A stretch of 32,000 nucleotides of DNA from Psychrobacter cryohalolentis K5 (lineage in GTDB: Bacteria > Pseudomonadota > Gammaproteobacteria > Pseudomonadales > Moraxellaceae). Under the pieces are notes generated by a model. The model was not told the DNA's origin. It saw nothing but the letters and a program-made list of their open reading frames with translations, and ran no database searches. Where the stretch lies: NCBI RefSeq assembly GCF_000013905.1, contig NC_007969.1, positions 420,001 to 452,000 of the forward strand, given 5' to 3'. The position numbers and the translations under genes are program-made. Position 1 is the stretch's first letter. Each line of letters opens with the position of its first letter. Positions 1-11,424 of the stretch are shown piece after piece.

Positions 1-874
1 CAATACCGCAAGCATAGCCAGTGAGCGTCTCTGTTTGACCATTGTGCTCTTGGCTAATACGTAAGCGCCGTCCTGCTAGTGCATCCATTGAGTCAAATTG
101 CTGTAAGAAGCTGTCTAAATTATAGGTTTGACCGGTTGGTTTCTCTAACCCTAAATGCTCAAAGCGTGTCATTGCTGCCATCAGTGCTTTGCTCATTTGT
201 TGATAAAGCTCTCGTAGACTTGGCAGCGTACTTGCTGGTTTATCTGGCGCTAGCAGCTGCTCGATATCTTGTAAGCTAATGGCTTGGTAGCTCATACCTT
301 CGCAGGTTTGGGCAGTAAGCTTGGGAGTTGCTTGTACATTAAGACCAACTCCCATCACCACGCCGACCAATTTGCCCGCTTGGGTAACCGGCTCAATCAA
401 TATACCAGCAAGTTTGCTAAATTGAATAATTTGCGTGCCTGATACGGCTTCATCTGCTTCAGAGAGAGATTGATAAAATCCCAAGTCATTCGCCCATTTT
501 ACCCCTATAGGTGTTAAACCTTGGTTAGCTAGTTGTTCATTTAATGTTTGAATAACAGGCATTTTTGCCAGCTCAATACCGATTATTAACGACAATAAAC
601 CGCTAATCGGCATATGTACTGGATAATATAACGACAGATAAACATTGCCACGTGGTGATTGCCATGAGCGCCCGTGTTGTCCGCGACCTGCGCTTTGGGT
701 TTCAGCAGTCAGTAAATGCATATCATGGGCATTGAGCGTGCCATCCTGTACTGCTGCTATGAGCTCACTATTAGTCGAGACGCTGCTAAGTAGGTGCCGA
801 TGGTTAAGCTCTGGTAAATGAGTAAGCAGGTGTGACTTAGAGGCGCAAGCAGATAAAGAGTCGAGTGGCAGCAT
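1..874 (-). CDS. birA: Biotin--[acetyl-CoA-carboxylase] ligase, group I (no DNA-binding domain); 3' end truncated by the window edge
   Basis: The minus-strand ORF is absent from the ORF track because its stop lies left of position 1. The ATG is at 874-872, an in-frame stop lies upstream at 950-952, and there is no alternative start between them. The translation MLPLDSLSACASKSH...LLTAETQSAGRGQHGRSWQSPRGNVYLSLYYPV...GVKWANDLGFY carries the biotin protein ligase GRGRxGRxWxSPxG loop and a KWPND-like motif. Only about 60 aa precede the GRG loop, which is too short for a wHTH domain. Confidence 0.85.
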   Translation of the reverse strand, partial: MLPLDSLSACASKSHLLTHLPELNHRHLLSSVSTNSELIAAVQDGTLNAHDMHLLTAETQSAGRGQHGRSWQSPRGNVYLSLYYPVHMPISGLLSLIIGIELAKMPVIQTLNEQLANQGLTPIGVKWANDLGFYQSLSEADEAVSGTQIIQFSKLAGILIEPVTQAGKLVGVVMGVGLNVQATPKLTAQTCEGMSYQAISLQDIEQLLAPDKPASTLPSLRELYQQMSKALMAAMTRFEHLGLEKPTGQTYNLDSFLQQFDSMDALAGRRLRISQEHNGQTETLTGYACGI

Positions 875-1084
875 ACGTTTTTTCGCTTTGGTTAATAGAG
901 CAAATGTGATAAATGTGGCAAGGGAAATTTTTGATATACTGAGCGATGGTCACAAATAGGCAGTATAGAGTAGATAGAATAAAGGTCAGTATACGATTTG
1001 GCAAATGCAATTAAGCGTATGATCAATAAGTGCTGAAAAGATAAAGTAATCTAGTAAAAAGAAGCAGGATAAAAGGCTGATTCA

Positions 1085-1891
1085 ATGATGTTATATGTAT
1101 GGTTTGTGATTGCAGGGGCGTTTGCTGGCGTCAGCGCAGGCTTGTTTGGCGTCGGTGGCGGTATGATTATCGTACCAGCATTGGTGTGGATTTTTGCGGC
1201 TTATAATTTTCCTCCTGAAGTGGTGACCCATTTGGCGATTGGCACTTCCTTGGCGACCATCGTTGTGACTTCGATCAGCTCATTAACTGCGCATAATAAA
1301 CGCGGCGGTGTACGTTGGGAAGTATGGCGCAAGATGGCGTTGGGCTTGGTCATCGGCAGTCTGGTTGGGGCAGGCATTGCCGATATGATTGACGGTAAGG
1401 TATTGCAAGCGATTATCGGTGTCGGTGCTTTATTGGTCGCTTTAAAGATGTTCTTCTTCTCCAATAAAGAGCAGTTGGGCAAACCATTACCGTCGGTTGG
1501 TGTGCAGTTTGGCGCGGGTACGGGCATTGGCATGGCGTCCTCTATCTTTGGTATTGGCGGCGGTAGCTTGACCGTGCCATTTTTAAACTGGGCAGGGCTA
1601 CCGATGAAGCAATCGGTCGGTACGTCTGCCGCTTGTGGTTTACCTATTGCATTGGCTGGCGCAGCAGGGTTTGCATGGTTTGGTCAAGATGTGGTTAATA
1701 TGCCCGAAGGTACGATAGGCTTTGTCCATATCACAGGATTCTTATGTATTTCCGTTGCTAGCTTTGCGATGGCAAAGGTCGGTGCCAAACTTGCCCACAT
1801 ACTGCCTGCGCTCACGCTTAAGCGAGCTTTTGGCATATTATTGTTATTTGCCGGTGGGCAGTTATTGTTAAGTGGGATTGGGATAATTTAG
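1085..1891 (+). CDS. TauE/SafE (DUF81) family anion exporter, polytopic membrane protein
   Basis: The 268-aa ORF is highly hydrophobic with about 7-8 predicted TM segments. Both halves show the internal repeat with glycine-rich GVGGG / GIGGG motifs typical of the TauE/SafE (YfcA-like) family. Confidence 0.75.
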   Translation: MMLYVWFVIAGAFAGVSAGLFGVGGGMIIVPALVWIFAAYNFPPEVVTHLAIGTSLATIVVTSISSLTAHNKRGGVRWEVWRKMALGLVIGSLVGAGIADMIDGKVLQAIIGVGALLVALKMFFFSNKEQLGKPLPSVGVQFGAGTGIGMASSIFGIGGGSLTVPFLNWAGLPMKQSVGTSAACGLPIALAGAAGFAWFGQDVVNMPEGTIGFVHITGFLCISVASFAMAKVGAKLAHILPALTLKRAFGILLLFAGGQLLLSGIGII

Positions 1892-1894
1892 GTT

Positions 1895-2194
1895 TTACTT
1901 TTTATCAATCGCATCTAGCCCCAAACGCATCCATTTTCTTGCCAGCTCATCATGGTCGCTGAGCATACTCCATAGCGCATCTTCACTAAAGATAGAGTGC
2001 TCTTTACCTGAGTGCTCAATTGGCAGATCCGCTTCACGATCCGCCATCCATTGTGGATTAAGATAGTAATCTTTCAACTTGTTTAGCAATGCTTCAGCTT
2101 GCAAAAACTGCTGTTGCGCTTTGAGCTGCCAGCGGTATAGTTCGCACCATTGCTCATATTTTTGCTGTAGTTCTTGTGGATTATAGTTAGTCAT
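1895..2194 (-). CDS. Small conserved hypothetical protein (99 aa, predicted helical, acidic C-terminal half)
   Basis: The ORF is intact and its composition matches the neighbouring genes. It is convergent with the TauE gene, with only 3 nt between the stop codons. I recognised no catalytic motif. Confidence 0.55.
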   Translation of the reverse strand: MTNYNPQELQQKYEQWCELYRWQLKAQQQFLQAEALLNKLKDYYLNPQWMADREADLPIEHSGKEHSIFSEDALWSMLSDHDELARKWMRLGLDAIDKK

Positions 2195-2333
2195 TTTAAT
2201 TCTCTTAATTTTTAGTGTTTAAATTAATGATATTGATTTTAAGCCATATTATAGCGTCCCTCATAAACCCTAAAAATTTAGCACAATTTGAGGTAGAATA
2301 GCCGCCTGTTTTTGCTAAGTTTACTGATTATTC

Positions 2334-5300
2334 ATGCGTCTAAAATCTCTCAAGCTGGCAGGCTTTAAATCCTTTGCCAATCCTACGACTTTTACCTTTC
2401 GTCATGGTATTACTGCCATTGTCGGGCCAAACGGCTGCGGCAAATCCAACGTCATTGATGCCATTCGCTGGGTGCTGGGCGAGACCTCTGCCAAGCAATT
2501 ACGCGGCGGGGCGATGAGTGACGTTATCTTTGCTGGTACGCAAGATAAAGCCGCCAAAAGTGCCGCCAGCGTTGAGCTGACTTTTGAGCATACGCAAGAC
2601 GAGCAGACGGGTATTCGCCATGAGTTTAATTTATATCAAGAGTTGTCCGTTCGCCGTCAGGTAAATTTGGAAGGACGCTCAGATTATTTTATCAATGGCA
2701 CGCGCTGCCGTCGTCGTGATGTAATCGATGTATTCTTGGGTACGGGTCTTGGTGCGCGCAGTTATGCCGTTATCGAGCAGGGTATGATTGGGCGTATTGT
2801 TGAATCTAGCCCACTGCAGCTACGTGAATTTATCGAAGAGGCGGCAGGGGTTTCGCGCTATCAAGCCCGCCGTGAAGAGACGCAAAAGAAGTTAGAAAAA
2901 ACTAAAGACAATTTGGCACGTCTGCATGATATGCAAAGCGAGCTGGTCAGCCAACAAAAACGCTTGTCTAAGCAAGCCGCCAGTGCTGAGCGTTATGAAG
3001 AGCTGGCGTTAACGCTTGCTGATATTAAACAACAACTTGCCATTCAACAGTTATATCAAGCCAAACATAATCAGCAGCAGCAGAAAATCGCTCATGAGCG
3101 TAGTGCCACTGAGGTTGCAACCTTACAAGCCGACTATGAGACTCTAAAAGCCAAACAAGATAAGCTTGCGACATATATCAATCAGGAGCAGTGGCTCAAA
3201 GACGATGCCCAAAGCAGCCATTATCAGCAGCAGCTAAGCTATCAACAAGCAGAGCACCAGCTCAGTGATGCAAAGTCACAGCTGACCACCATTGAGCAGC
3301 AACTAGCCAGTTTAGAGCAGCAGCGTCAGCAAGCAGTCGATGAAATTGAGCGCTTAAAATCTGATGAAGTTGATCAGCAGAAGGTGCTAGAATTATTGCG
3401 TCCGAAGCTCATTGAATTAACGAATAAACGTGAAGCGCATAAACGCAACGAGCAACCGTTGCAGCGCGCCTACCATGATGCGCAAAATCAGCTATCAAGG
3501 CTACAAGATACTGCGCGTACGCTTGAACAGCAGCAAGCGATTAATAGCCAAGCACAAAAACGTTATCAGCAAAACCATAATAAGTGGCAGCGCCGCCAGC
3601 AAAATTGGCAAAATCTCTGGCAGCAATTACAACAATCTGTATCTCTAAATAATTGTGCTGACGAGCAAGAGCCAGCTGAGGCGAACAATTTACAGCACAC
3701 ATTAGATACGCAAGTGACTGAGCTAAATAAACAGCTGCAACAAATTGAGCGTCAACAAGATAGCGTTGATGAACGTCTGTCAGAGCTACAACCGCAAGCG
3801 CATGATTTACAGCAGCGTTTAAACATGCAGCAGCGCGAGTTAAGTGAATTTGAAAAACGTCATGCCGTATTGGCAAGTGAGTACGATACTTTACATCAAA
3901 TATTGCATCCTAAACCTATTCCAAAATCGCAACCGCTTGTTCATGCAAAAACTGCTGATGTTAAAGGTGAGTTAGGAAGCGAAATAGTCAGCGATTATAA
4001 AGAGCTGTCCATATCAACCTTGCGCGAGCAGATTGAGCTAAGCGAGACAGGCAAACAACATGCGCAACTACTCGATAGCGTATTGGCGTTGTGGTTGGAT
4101 AGTCATGTATTGATTGATAAAGCATCTAATCAACAACACACCAGAGGTTTTCAAGAAGCGAAAAGTTTATGGCAAGCGCTTGAACACGATTTGGATAGTC
4201 TGTTTATTTATCAAATGGCACAAAACCAGCCTATTTCTAATAAAGATAAATCGTCAGTAGGTATGGGTCACAGCTTATGGTTATCTGCTACGCAAAATGA
4301 GTTAGCTACAAAGCCATTTATCAGTAAATTTCCAGATACTCTAAGTGATAAAGTACTACCTCTATCAGAGCTGATTAGCGCACCGAACTTAGCGCTTTGG
4401 CAGGAATGCTATTTATATATTGCGCAACCTGAGACAAATAATAAGCAAACGTTAGAGGTGCTTGCTGAGATTTTAAAGGCATTGCCGCCAGTAGCCATTT
4501 TGCTAACTTCTGATGGTTGGCTTATTAGTCGTCAGGGGACGATTAATCTAAGCAAGTATGCTGGCGCGAAAAATGGTCAAAACGATAGCAATAGTCAATT
4601 TTTAACTCAGCGTTTACAGCAGCGCAGCCGTCTGCAAGTGTTAGAAGATCTGCTTGATGAGTTTGAAGCCAAAATCCAAAATCAGCAAAAGGCTATTGCT
4701 AATAATCAGCGTAACTATGATGCACTAACGGTCAGCTTAGAAGAAACCCGTGCGCAAGCTGAGCAATTGACCCGTGACCAGCATAAATATCAGCAGCAGC
4801 TCACCACTCAACGCGCTAATGCTGAGCGTCTACAAGCGGACAGCCAACGCTTAAGCGCTGATAAAATAGCCCTTGAGCAAGAGCAGCAAGAGCTTAAGCA
4901 AGAACAACAAACGCTTAATAATGAGCTACAGGATATCCAAAGCGAAATAGCGGCGCTAACGCCACAAATCACTGATGCTCGAGCGACAACGCAGCAATTA
5001 CAAGCTGAGCGCGGTGAGTTAAGTCGCACCCGTCAGGCAGACGATGATGAGTGGCAAGCATTGCAGCTGCGTATCCAGCAGAGCGAGATACGTGTAGAAC
5101 ATGGCGTAAGCAGCCTTATGCGTGTGACCGAGCAACACGATAAGTCACTGCAAAGCGAGAAAATTTTACAGACAAATTATGAACAGCAGCAAAGTAAGCT
5201 GCCAGCACTGCAAGCAGCCCTGCAAACAGTGCAAACGGCGCGTGATGAGCAGCAGACGTTATTAACAAGGCGTGAGACAGCATTAACGGCGCTTAAGCAA

Positions 5301-6290
5301 GAGTATAATCAGCAGCAGGTCAAGCTAGATACGCTGCAACATACATTGCAAACTCAGCAGTCTGAACTTGCACGTCTCGCCACCGAGTTGGCATTAAGCG
5401 CTGCAAAATTAGAGGATGCTAGCAGCCATACGCAAGAAGCGCTAGATACGTACTCTAATATGAGTCATAAATATAAAGCGCAGTCGGATATATCTCAGCG
5501 GCCACAGCATCAGCAACAAGTGATGAGTGTCTCAAACTTATTGGCAGATTTTATCGCTCATGATCGCTGTGTGCGTCCAGACAAAATCGCAGAATTAGAA
5601 TCTGAGCGTAACAAGCTTGAGCAGCAATTAAGCAAAATTGGCGCAGTTAATCTTGCAGCCGTGGCAGAGTTGGCAGAAGTTAATGAGCGCTTAAAGCCAC
5701 TGGCGCAGCAGACCGCAGATATTGCTGCCAGTATGCAGACATTGACTGAAGCAATTGCCTCGATTGATGAAACTACCAAGACATTATTTATGCAGACACT
5801 TGATGCGGTCAATAACGAGCTTGCTAACTTATTTGCCAAAGTCTTCGGCGGTGGTCAAGCCAGTTTGACGTTGAATACAGACGATATGCCAGCCAATATC
5901 CCCGCTGACAAATACAAGTCAGAGCAGTGGCGGGCAGGGCTTACCTTGATGGCACAGCCTAAAGGCAAGCGTAATAGTCGCCTAGCTGTACTGTCGGGTG
6001 GTGAAAAAACCCTCACCGCGCTGAGCTTAATTTTTGCGATATTTAAGCAGCATCCAGCTCCATTTTGCGTGCTTGATGAGGTTGATGCGCCGCTTGATGA
6101 TGCTAATGTCGCTCGTTTTACCAGTCTCATTCATGAATTAGCAGACGATTTGCAGTTTATCTTTATTAGCCATAATAAATTAACCATGCAAATTGCTGAT
6201 GAATTAAAAGGTGTTACCATGCCAAGCGCAGGGATTTCTACCTTGGTCAGCGTATCGCTCGATGAAGCCGCACTTTATATTGCTGAATAG
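2334..6290 (+). CDS. smc: Chromosome partition protein SMC
   Basis: The N-terminal head has Walker A (GPNGCGKSNVIDA). The C-terminal head has the ABC signature LSGGEKTLTALSLIFAIF and Walker B FCVLDEVDAPLDDAN. Very long Q/E/L-rich coiled-coil arms lie between the heads. Total length is 1318 aa. Confidence 0.95.
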   Translation: MRLKSLKLAGFKSFANPTTFTFRHGITAIVGPNGCGKSNVIDAIRWVLGETSAKQLRGGAMSDVIFAGTQDKAAKSAASVELTFEHTQDEQTGIRHEFNLYQELSVRRQVNLEGRSDYFINGTRCRRRDVIDVFLGTGLGARSYAVIEQGMIGRIVESSPLQLREFIEEAAGVSRYQARREETQKKLEKTKDNLARLHDMQSELVSQQKRLSKQAASAERYEELALTLADIKQQLAIQQLYQAKHNQQQQKIAHERSATEVATLQADYETLKAKQDKLATYINQEQWLKDDAQSSHYQQQLSYQQAEHQLSDAKSQLTTIEQQLASLEQQRQQAVDEIERLKSDEVDQQKVLELLRPKLIELTNKREAHKRNEQPLQRAYHDAQNQLSRLQDTARTLEQQQAINSQAQKRYQQNHNKWQRRQQNWQNLWQQLQQSVSLNNCADEQEPAEANNLQHTLDTQVTELNKQLQQIERQQDSVDERLSELQPQAHDLQQRLNMQQRELSEFEKRHAVLASEYDTLHQILHPKPIPKSQPLVHAKTADVKGELGSEIVSDYKELSISTLREQIELSETGKQHAQLLDSVLALWLDSHVLIDKASNQQHTRGFQEAKSLWQALEHDLDSLFIYQMAQNQPISNKDKSSVGMGHSLWLSATQNELATKPFISKFPDTLSDKVLPLSELISAPNLALWQECYLYIAQPETNNKQTLEVLAEILKALPPVAILLTSDGWLISRQGTINLSKYAGAKNGQNDSNSQFLTQRLQQRSRLQVLEDLLDEFEAKIQNQQKAIANNQRNYDALTVSLEETRAQAEQLTRDQHKYQQQLTTQRANAERLQADSQRLSADKIALEQEQQELKQEQQTLNNELQDIQSEIAALTPQITDARATTQQLQAERGELSRTRQADDDEWQALQLRIQQSEIRVEHGVSSLMRVTEQHDKSLQSEKILQTNYEQQQSKLPALQAALQTVQTARDEQQTLLTRRETALTALKQEYNQQQVKLDTLQHTLQTQQSELARLATELALSAAKLEDASSHTQEALDTYSNMSHKYKAQSDISQRPQHQQQVMSVSNLLADFIAHDRCVRPDKIAELESERNKLEQQLSKIGAVNLAAVAELAEVNERLKPLAQQTADIAASMQTLTEAIASIDETTKTLFMQTLDAVNNELANLFAKVFGGGQASLTLNTDDMPANIPADKYKSEQWRAGLTLMAQPKGKRNSRLAVLSGGEKTLTALSLIFAIFKQHPAPFCVLDEVDAPLDDANVARFTSLIHELADDLQFIFISHNKLTMQIADELKGVTMPSAGISTLVSVSLDEAALYIAE

Positions 6291-6478
6291 CAAAAATAGT
6301 GATAACTGGCAGCGATTGTCAGTGGTATAGTTAGGGGTCAGGGCAGAAGGTCACGCAAGTGTGTCAGCCTCACGGTAAACGATGACTATATGGTGACGAT
6401 GTTAATTAGCCATGCTAGACTATTGCCATTTATTCCCTCTTATGTATTCTCTTTTGTCGTAGATTAGGATTATTTCTC

Positions 6479-7501
6479 ATGACCGCTATTCAGTTTATAT
6501 TGATCGCCATTGCTGCATTGATTGTGCTTGCCGGGCTAATTATGGTCATGCGTAGCTTTAAGCGTCGCAAAAATGCAGAAGCTGCCGCGGTCAATTATGA
6601 TAAAAACGGTATTCCTATCATACCGCGTCATGAGCGCAATATCGTCGACCAGCCAGATTTAGACGACACGATCGCTGGCGAAACCAGTATCACGCCTGAC
6701 CGCAGTTATCTGAATGCAGTCGTTGAAGATGCACCTTTGAGCCAAGCGCGTCAGCAAGACGATGCACAGCTGATGTCTGGATACGATAATGTTAGTAGTG
6801 ATGTAAACGATAGCTATAGCCAAGTAAATGATGAAGATTATGCGCGCTGGCAGGCAGAGCAGCATAACGATAATAGCGAATTTACCTCTGCTGCTGAGCA
6901 AATGCATATTGAACAAGAGCCTGATGCGTTTTCAAGCTTGGTATCGGCAACTGACAGCCTGATGCCATCTATTGATACGGCAGAAGAGCCAAGTTTCAAT
7001 GATAATAGCCCGATACTTGATCAGCATTTATCAGAGCCGGTCGATGATACGCAAAATGCACCACTTATCAATGCCAAAGACAATATCAATATCACCATCT
7101 TGCCGCACCAATATCGTGACCGTCCAGCAGCGTTGATTCGCGGTCGTGATTTATTGGCATTGATCGATAAATATGGTCTGCGTTATGGCGCGATGAATAT
7201 GTTCCATCGCTATGAGCAAAAAGACGGCACCGGTATGCTATGGTTTAGTATGATGGGCATCACCGATAGTGGTATCGCCCCTTTTGATCCGCATAGCGTG
7301 GCGACCAATAACTATAACGGCGTGGTGGTATTTTTGTCTTTGCCGCATCCGCAAGCGCTGCGCAGTTTTGATAGTATGATGAGCATCGCTTATATGATGG
7401 CAAGCGATTTGGACGCTGTGATGCTAGATGAAGAGAACGACCCAATCACGCCTGAATACAAGCAACAATTACGCAACCAAGTGCGCGATTATGAAGGTTG
7501 A
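6479..7501 (+). CDS. zipA: Cell division protein ZipA
   Basis: It has a single N-terminal TM helix (IQFILIAIAALIVLAGLIMVM) followed by a basic patch. A long acidic low-complexity linker follows. The C-terminal globular domain (LRYGAMNMFHRY...GVVVFLSLPHP) is of the ZipA FtsZ-binding type. The smc-zipA-ligA order is classic in gammaproteobacteria. Confidence 0.85.
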   Translation: MTAIQFILIAIAALIVLAGLIMVMRSFKRRKNAEAAAVNYDKNGIPIIPRHERNIVDQPDLDDTIAGETSITPDRSYLNAVVEDAPLSQARQQDDAQLMSGYDNVSSDVNDSYSQVNDEDYARWQAEQHNDNSEFTSAAEQMHIEQEPDAFSSLVSATDSLMPSIDTAEEPSFNDNSPILDQHLSEPVDDTQNAPLINAKDNINITILPHQYRDRPAALIRGRDLLALIDKYGLRYGAMNMFHRYEQKDGTGMLWFSMMGITDSGIAPFDPHSVATNNYNGVVVFLSLPHPQALRSFDSMMSIAYMMASDLDAVMLDEENDPITPEYKQQLRNQVRDYEG

Positions 7502-7530
7502 TCGCTACCAAAGTTGATTACAATTGATAA

Positions 7531-9756
<2,226 letters not shown>

Positions 9757-9759
9757 AGT

Positions 9760-11376
9760 ATGAGTGTCGACAATATGGAAAATTTAGACGAAGAAACTCG
9801 TAAAAAAATTGAAAAGTTACTTAAGGTGACGCGTGAGAAAGATGGTAATGAGAGTTATGCCAGTGCACAAATTGATAAGGGTTTGATTTATTACAATCTT
9901 AATCAGCGTAAACAATCTTATGAATCTTTCAATAATATTAATAAGTCTGATAGCTTGACTCGTTATATGATGGCACAATTTGGTATGGGGGGTATGTTAG
10001 CTGGAGACAGTAAGTTTAATGAGGCGTTAAAAGTTTGGAGTAATATAAAAGGGTTAGGAGACTCTTTAGAGACTGCTGGTTTAAAGTTTAGAGTAGGTGT
10101 TGCTCTTTTAGAAGATAGTTTTTCTGAGTATGATGAAGCGAAGCAGTATTTTATCGAAGCGATAGAATATTATCCATATGAGTCATATTGTTACCAAAAA
10201 ATATGTAATTTACTTTCAGATTCACGATTGAAGGTAGCTGGTAAAAAATCTTTGCAGCTATTAAATAAGACGTTGGAAATTGTGGAGATATTAAAGTTAG
10301 ATTTTGAACCAGATTCTAGTGACAATAAATCCCCTGAGAGAAAACTTGCTCATTATACAAACACTAGTATTACTAACCTTTTATTAGAAAAGAATGAAGA
10401 TGGTAGCCTACCAAGTTTTTTTCGTCTTAATACTATTAATAATGTTAATGATCCAAGCGAGGGACATTTATTAGTAAACTATTTGAAAGGTATAAGAGAA
10501 AATTCTTTCTATGCACCAGATTTTGATAAAGATTTACATGCATTCATTAGCTGCTTTACATTCAATCATGATAGCCTTAATCAATTTCGACTATATGGAA
10601 AAGAAGCTGATAAAGAAGCTTCAGGTGTCAGTCTTGTATTTAAAAAGGAGTTTTTTCAGCTAGATAATTCTTTAGGAGGGCTATCTTTCCTATCCTTTGA
10701 AAGTAACATCCAGAGTGCAAATAGAGATATTTCTACTTTAGTAATTAATAAACATTCAAGTATGAAGGAAAGCTTGAGTAGTAAAACTAGAGTTAGCAAA
10801 CAACCAGTAATGAGGTGTGTGTATATAGACCCCACTTCTAGTTATATCCAACTAGCTCAGCGAAATCGTATAACTTTTTTTCGTGAATTCGGTAATGAAA
10901 CTGTAGTAGTACAAAATAGAGAAAAAAGTAAGGCAGAATATGAGTGGGAAGAGTATAAAAAATATATAGATGAGAAAACTGTTGCCTTTAGTGACGCTTT
11001 TCGTACTCTAAAAAGTACTTATGAATCTATAATAAAGGAGAAGAAAGCGATAGCAAATGATGATTTGGAGTCGTCCAATAAAATCGATATATTGATAAAC
11101 GAGATTCTTCTACCTTTAAAGTACTTAATCAAGCATTCTGCTTTTCAAGAAGAGCAAGAGTGTCGAATGGTATATGTGACCTCAATAAATGCGCCTGAAG
11201 TTAATATTGCACATAAAAAGCTTCTATTTGTTGAGTACGAAGCTGAAGTAAAAGAGACTCTTAACAAAGTATATATTGCGCCCGCCGCAACTGAATATCA
11301 GCTTTACTTAGCTTGGCTACTCCGTAATACTGATGTCAAAATCGAACTCTCAAATAACCCTTATCGCCAAATTTAA
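9760..11376 (+). CDS. Hypothetical protein with N-terminal TPR-like repeats and a C-terminal DUF2971-like domain; lies on an AT-rich single-gene insertion
   Basis: This is a 538-aa uninterrupted ORF. The RBS GGGGAG sits at 9748-9753, 6 nt before the ATG. Residues ~33-140 form three TPR-like repeats. Residues ~195-538 carry the ordered motifs LAHYT (196-200), NDPSEG (230-235, nt 10447-10464), ISCFT/LNQFRLYG/GVSLVF (262-294), RCVYID (352-357), KHSAFQEEQECRMVY (458-472, nt 11131-11175) and KVYIAP. I recognise this order as the DUF2971 pattern. G+C is much lower than in the flanks. Confidence 0.8.
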   Translation: MSVDNMENLDEETRKKIEKLLKVTREKDGNESYASAQIDKGLIYYNLNQRKQSYESFNNINKSDSLTRYMMAQFGMGGMLAGDSKFNEALKVWSNIKGLGDSLETAGLKFRVGVALLEDSFSEYDEAKQYFIEAIEYYPYESYCYQKICNLLSDSRLKVAGKKSLQLLNKTLEIVEILKLDFEPDSSDNKSPERKLAHYTNTSITNLLLEKNEDGSLPSFFRLNTINNVNDPSEGHLLVNYLKGIRENSFYAPDFDKDLHAFISCFTFNHDSLNQFRLYGKEADKEASGVSLVFKKEFFQLDNSLGGLSFLSFESNIQSANRDISTLVINKHSSMKESLSSKTRVSKQPVMRCVYIDPTSSYIQLAQRNRITFFREFGNETVVVQNREKSKAEYEWEEYKKYIDEKTVAFSDAFRTLKSTYESIIKEKKAIANDDLESSNKIDILINEILLPLKYLIKHSAFQEEQECRMVYVTSINAPEVNIAHKKLLFVEYEAEVKETLNKVYIAPAATEYQLYLAWLLRNTDVKIELSNNPYRQI

Positions 11377-11388
11377 TATCTTTTAATG

Positions 11389-11415
11389 GCGTGTGATACG
11401 AAATAAAAAACACGC
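11389..11415. terminator. Weak hairpin between convergent genes (possible bidirectional terminator)
   Basis: GCGTGT (11389-11394) pairs with ACACGC (11410-11415) across a 15-nt A-rich loop. The stem is short, the loop is large and there is no clean T-run, so this is a weak call. Confidence 0.3.
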
Positions 11416-11424
11416 TATTAACTT

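Noticed and set aside
79-279. A 66-aa plus-strand ORF.
   Set aside because: It is antisense to the birA coding region, which has clear biotin ligase motifs. Nothing supports it.
1201-1533. A 110-aa minus-strand ORF.
   Set aside because: It lies entirely inside the TauE/SafE permease gene on the opposite strand. Its proline/threonine-rich translation mirrors a Gly/Val-rich membrane protein.
1889-1897. Convergent stop codons of the TauE gene and the 99-aa gene lie only 3 nt apart, with no terminator.
   Set aside because: The observation is real but not informative by itself. Convergent genes without an intergenic terminator are common, and termination may occur inside the opposing ORF.
3430-6130. 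Several 70-110 aa ORFs inside smc, antisense or out of frame (3430-3648, 3541-3876, 4808-5029, 5558-5839, 5855-6130).
   Set aside because: They lie fully within a confidently identified 1318-aa gene. Their translations are low complexity (Cys/Ser/Ala-rich mirrors of CAG/CTG-rich codons), and they lack RBS or family motifs. They are frame artefacts of a repetitive Q-rich gene.
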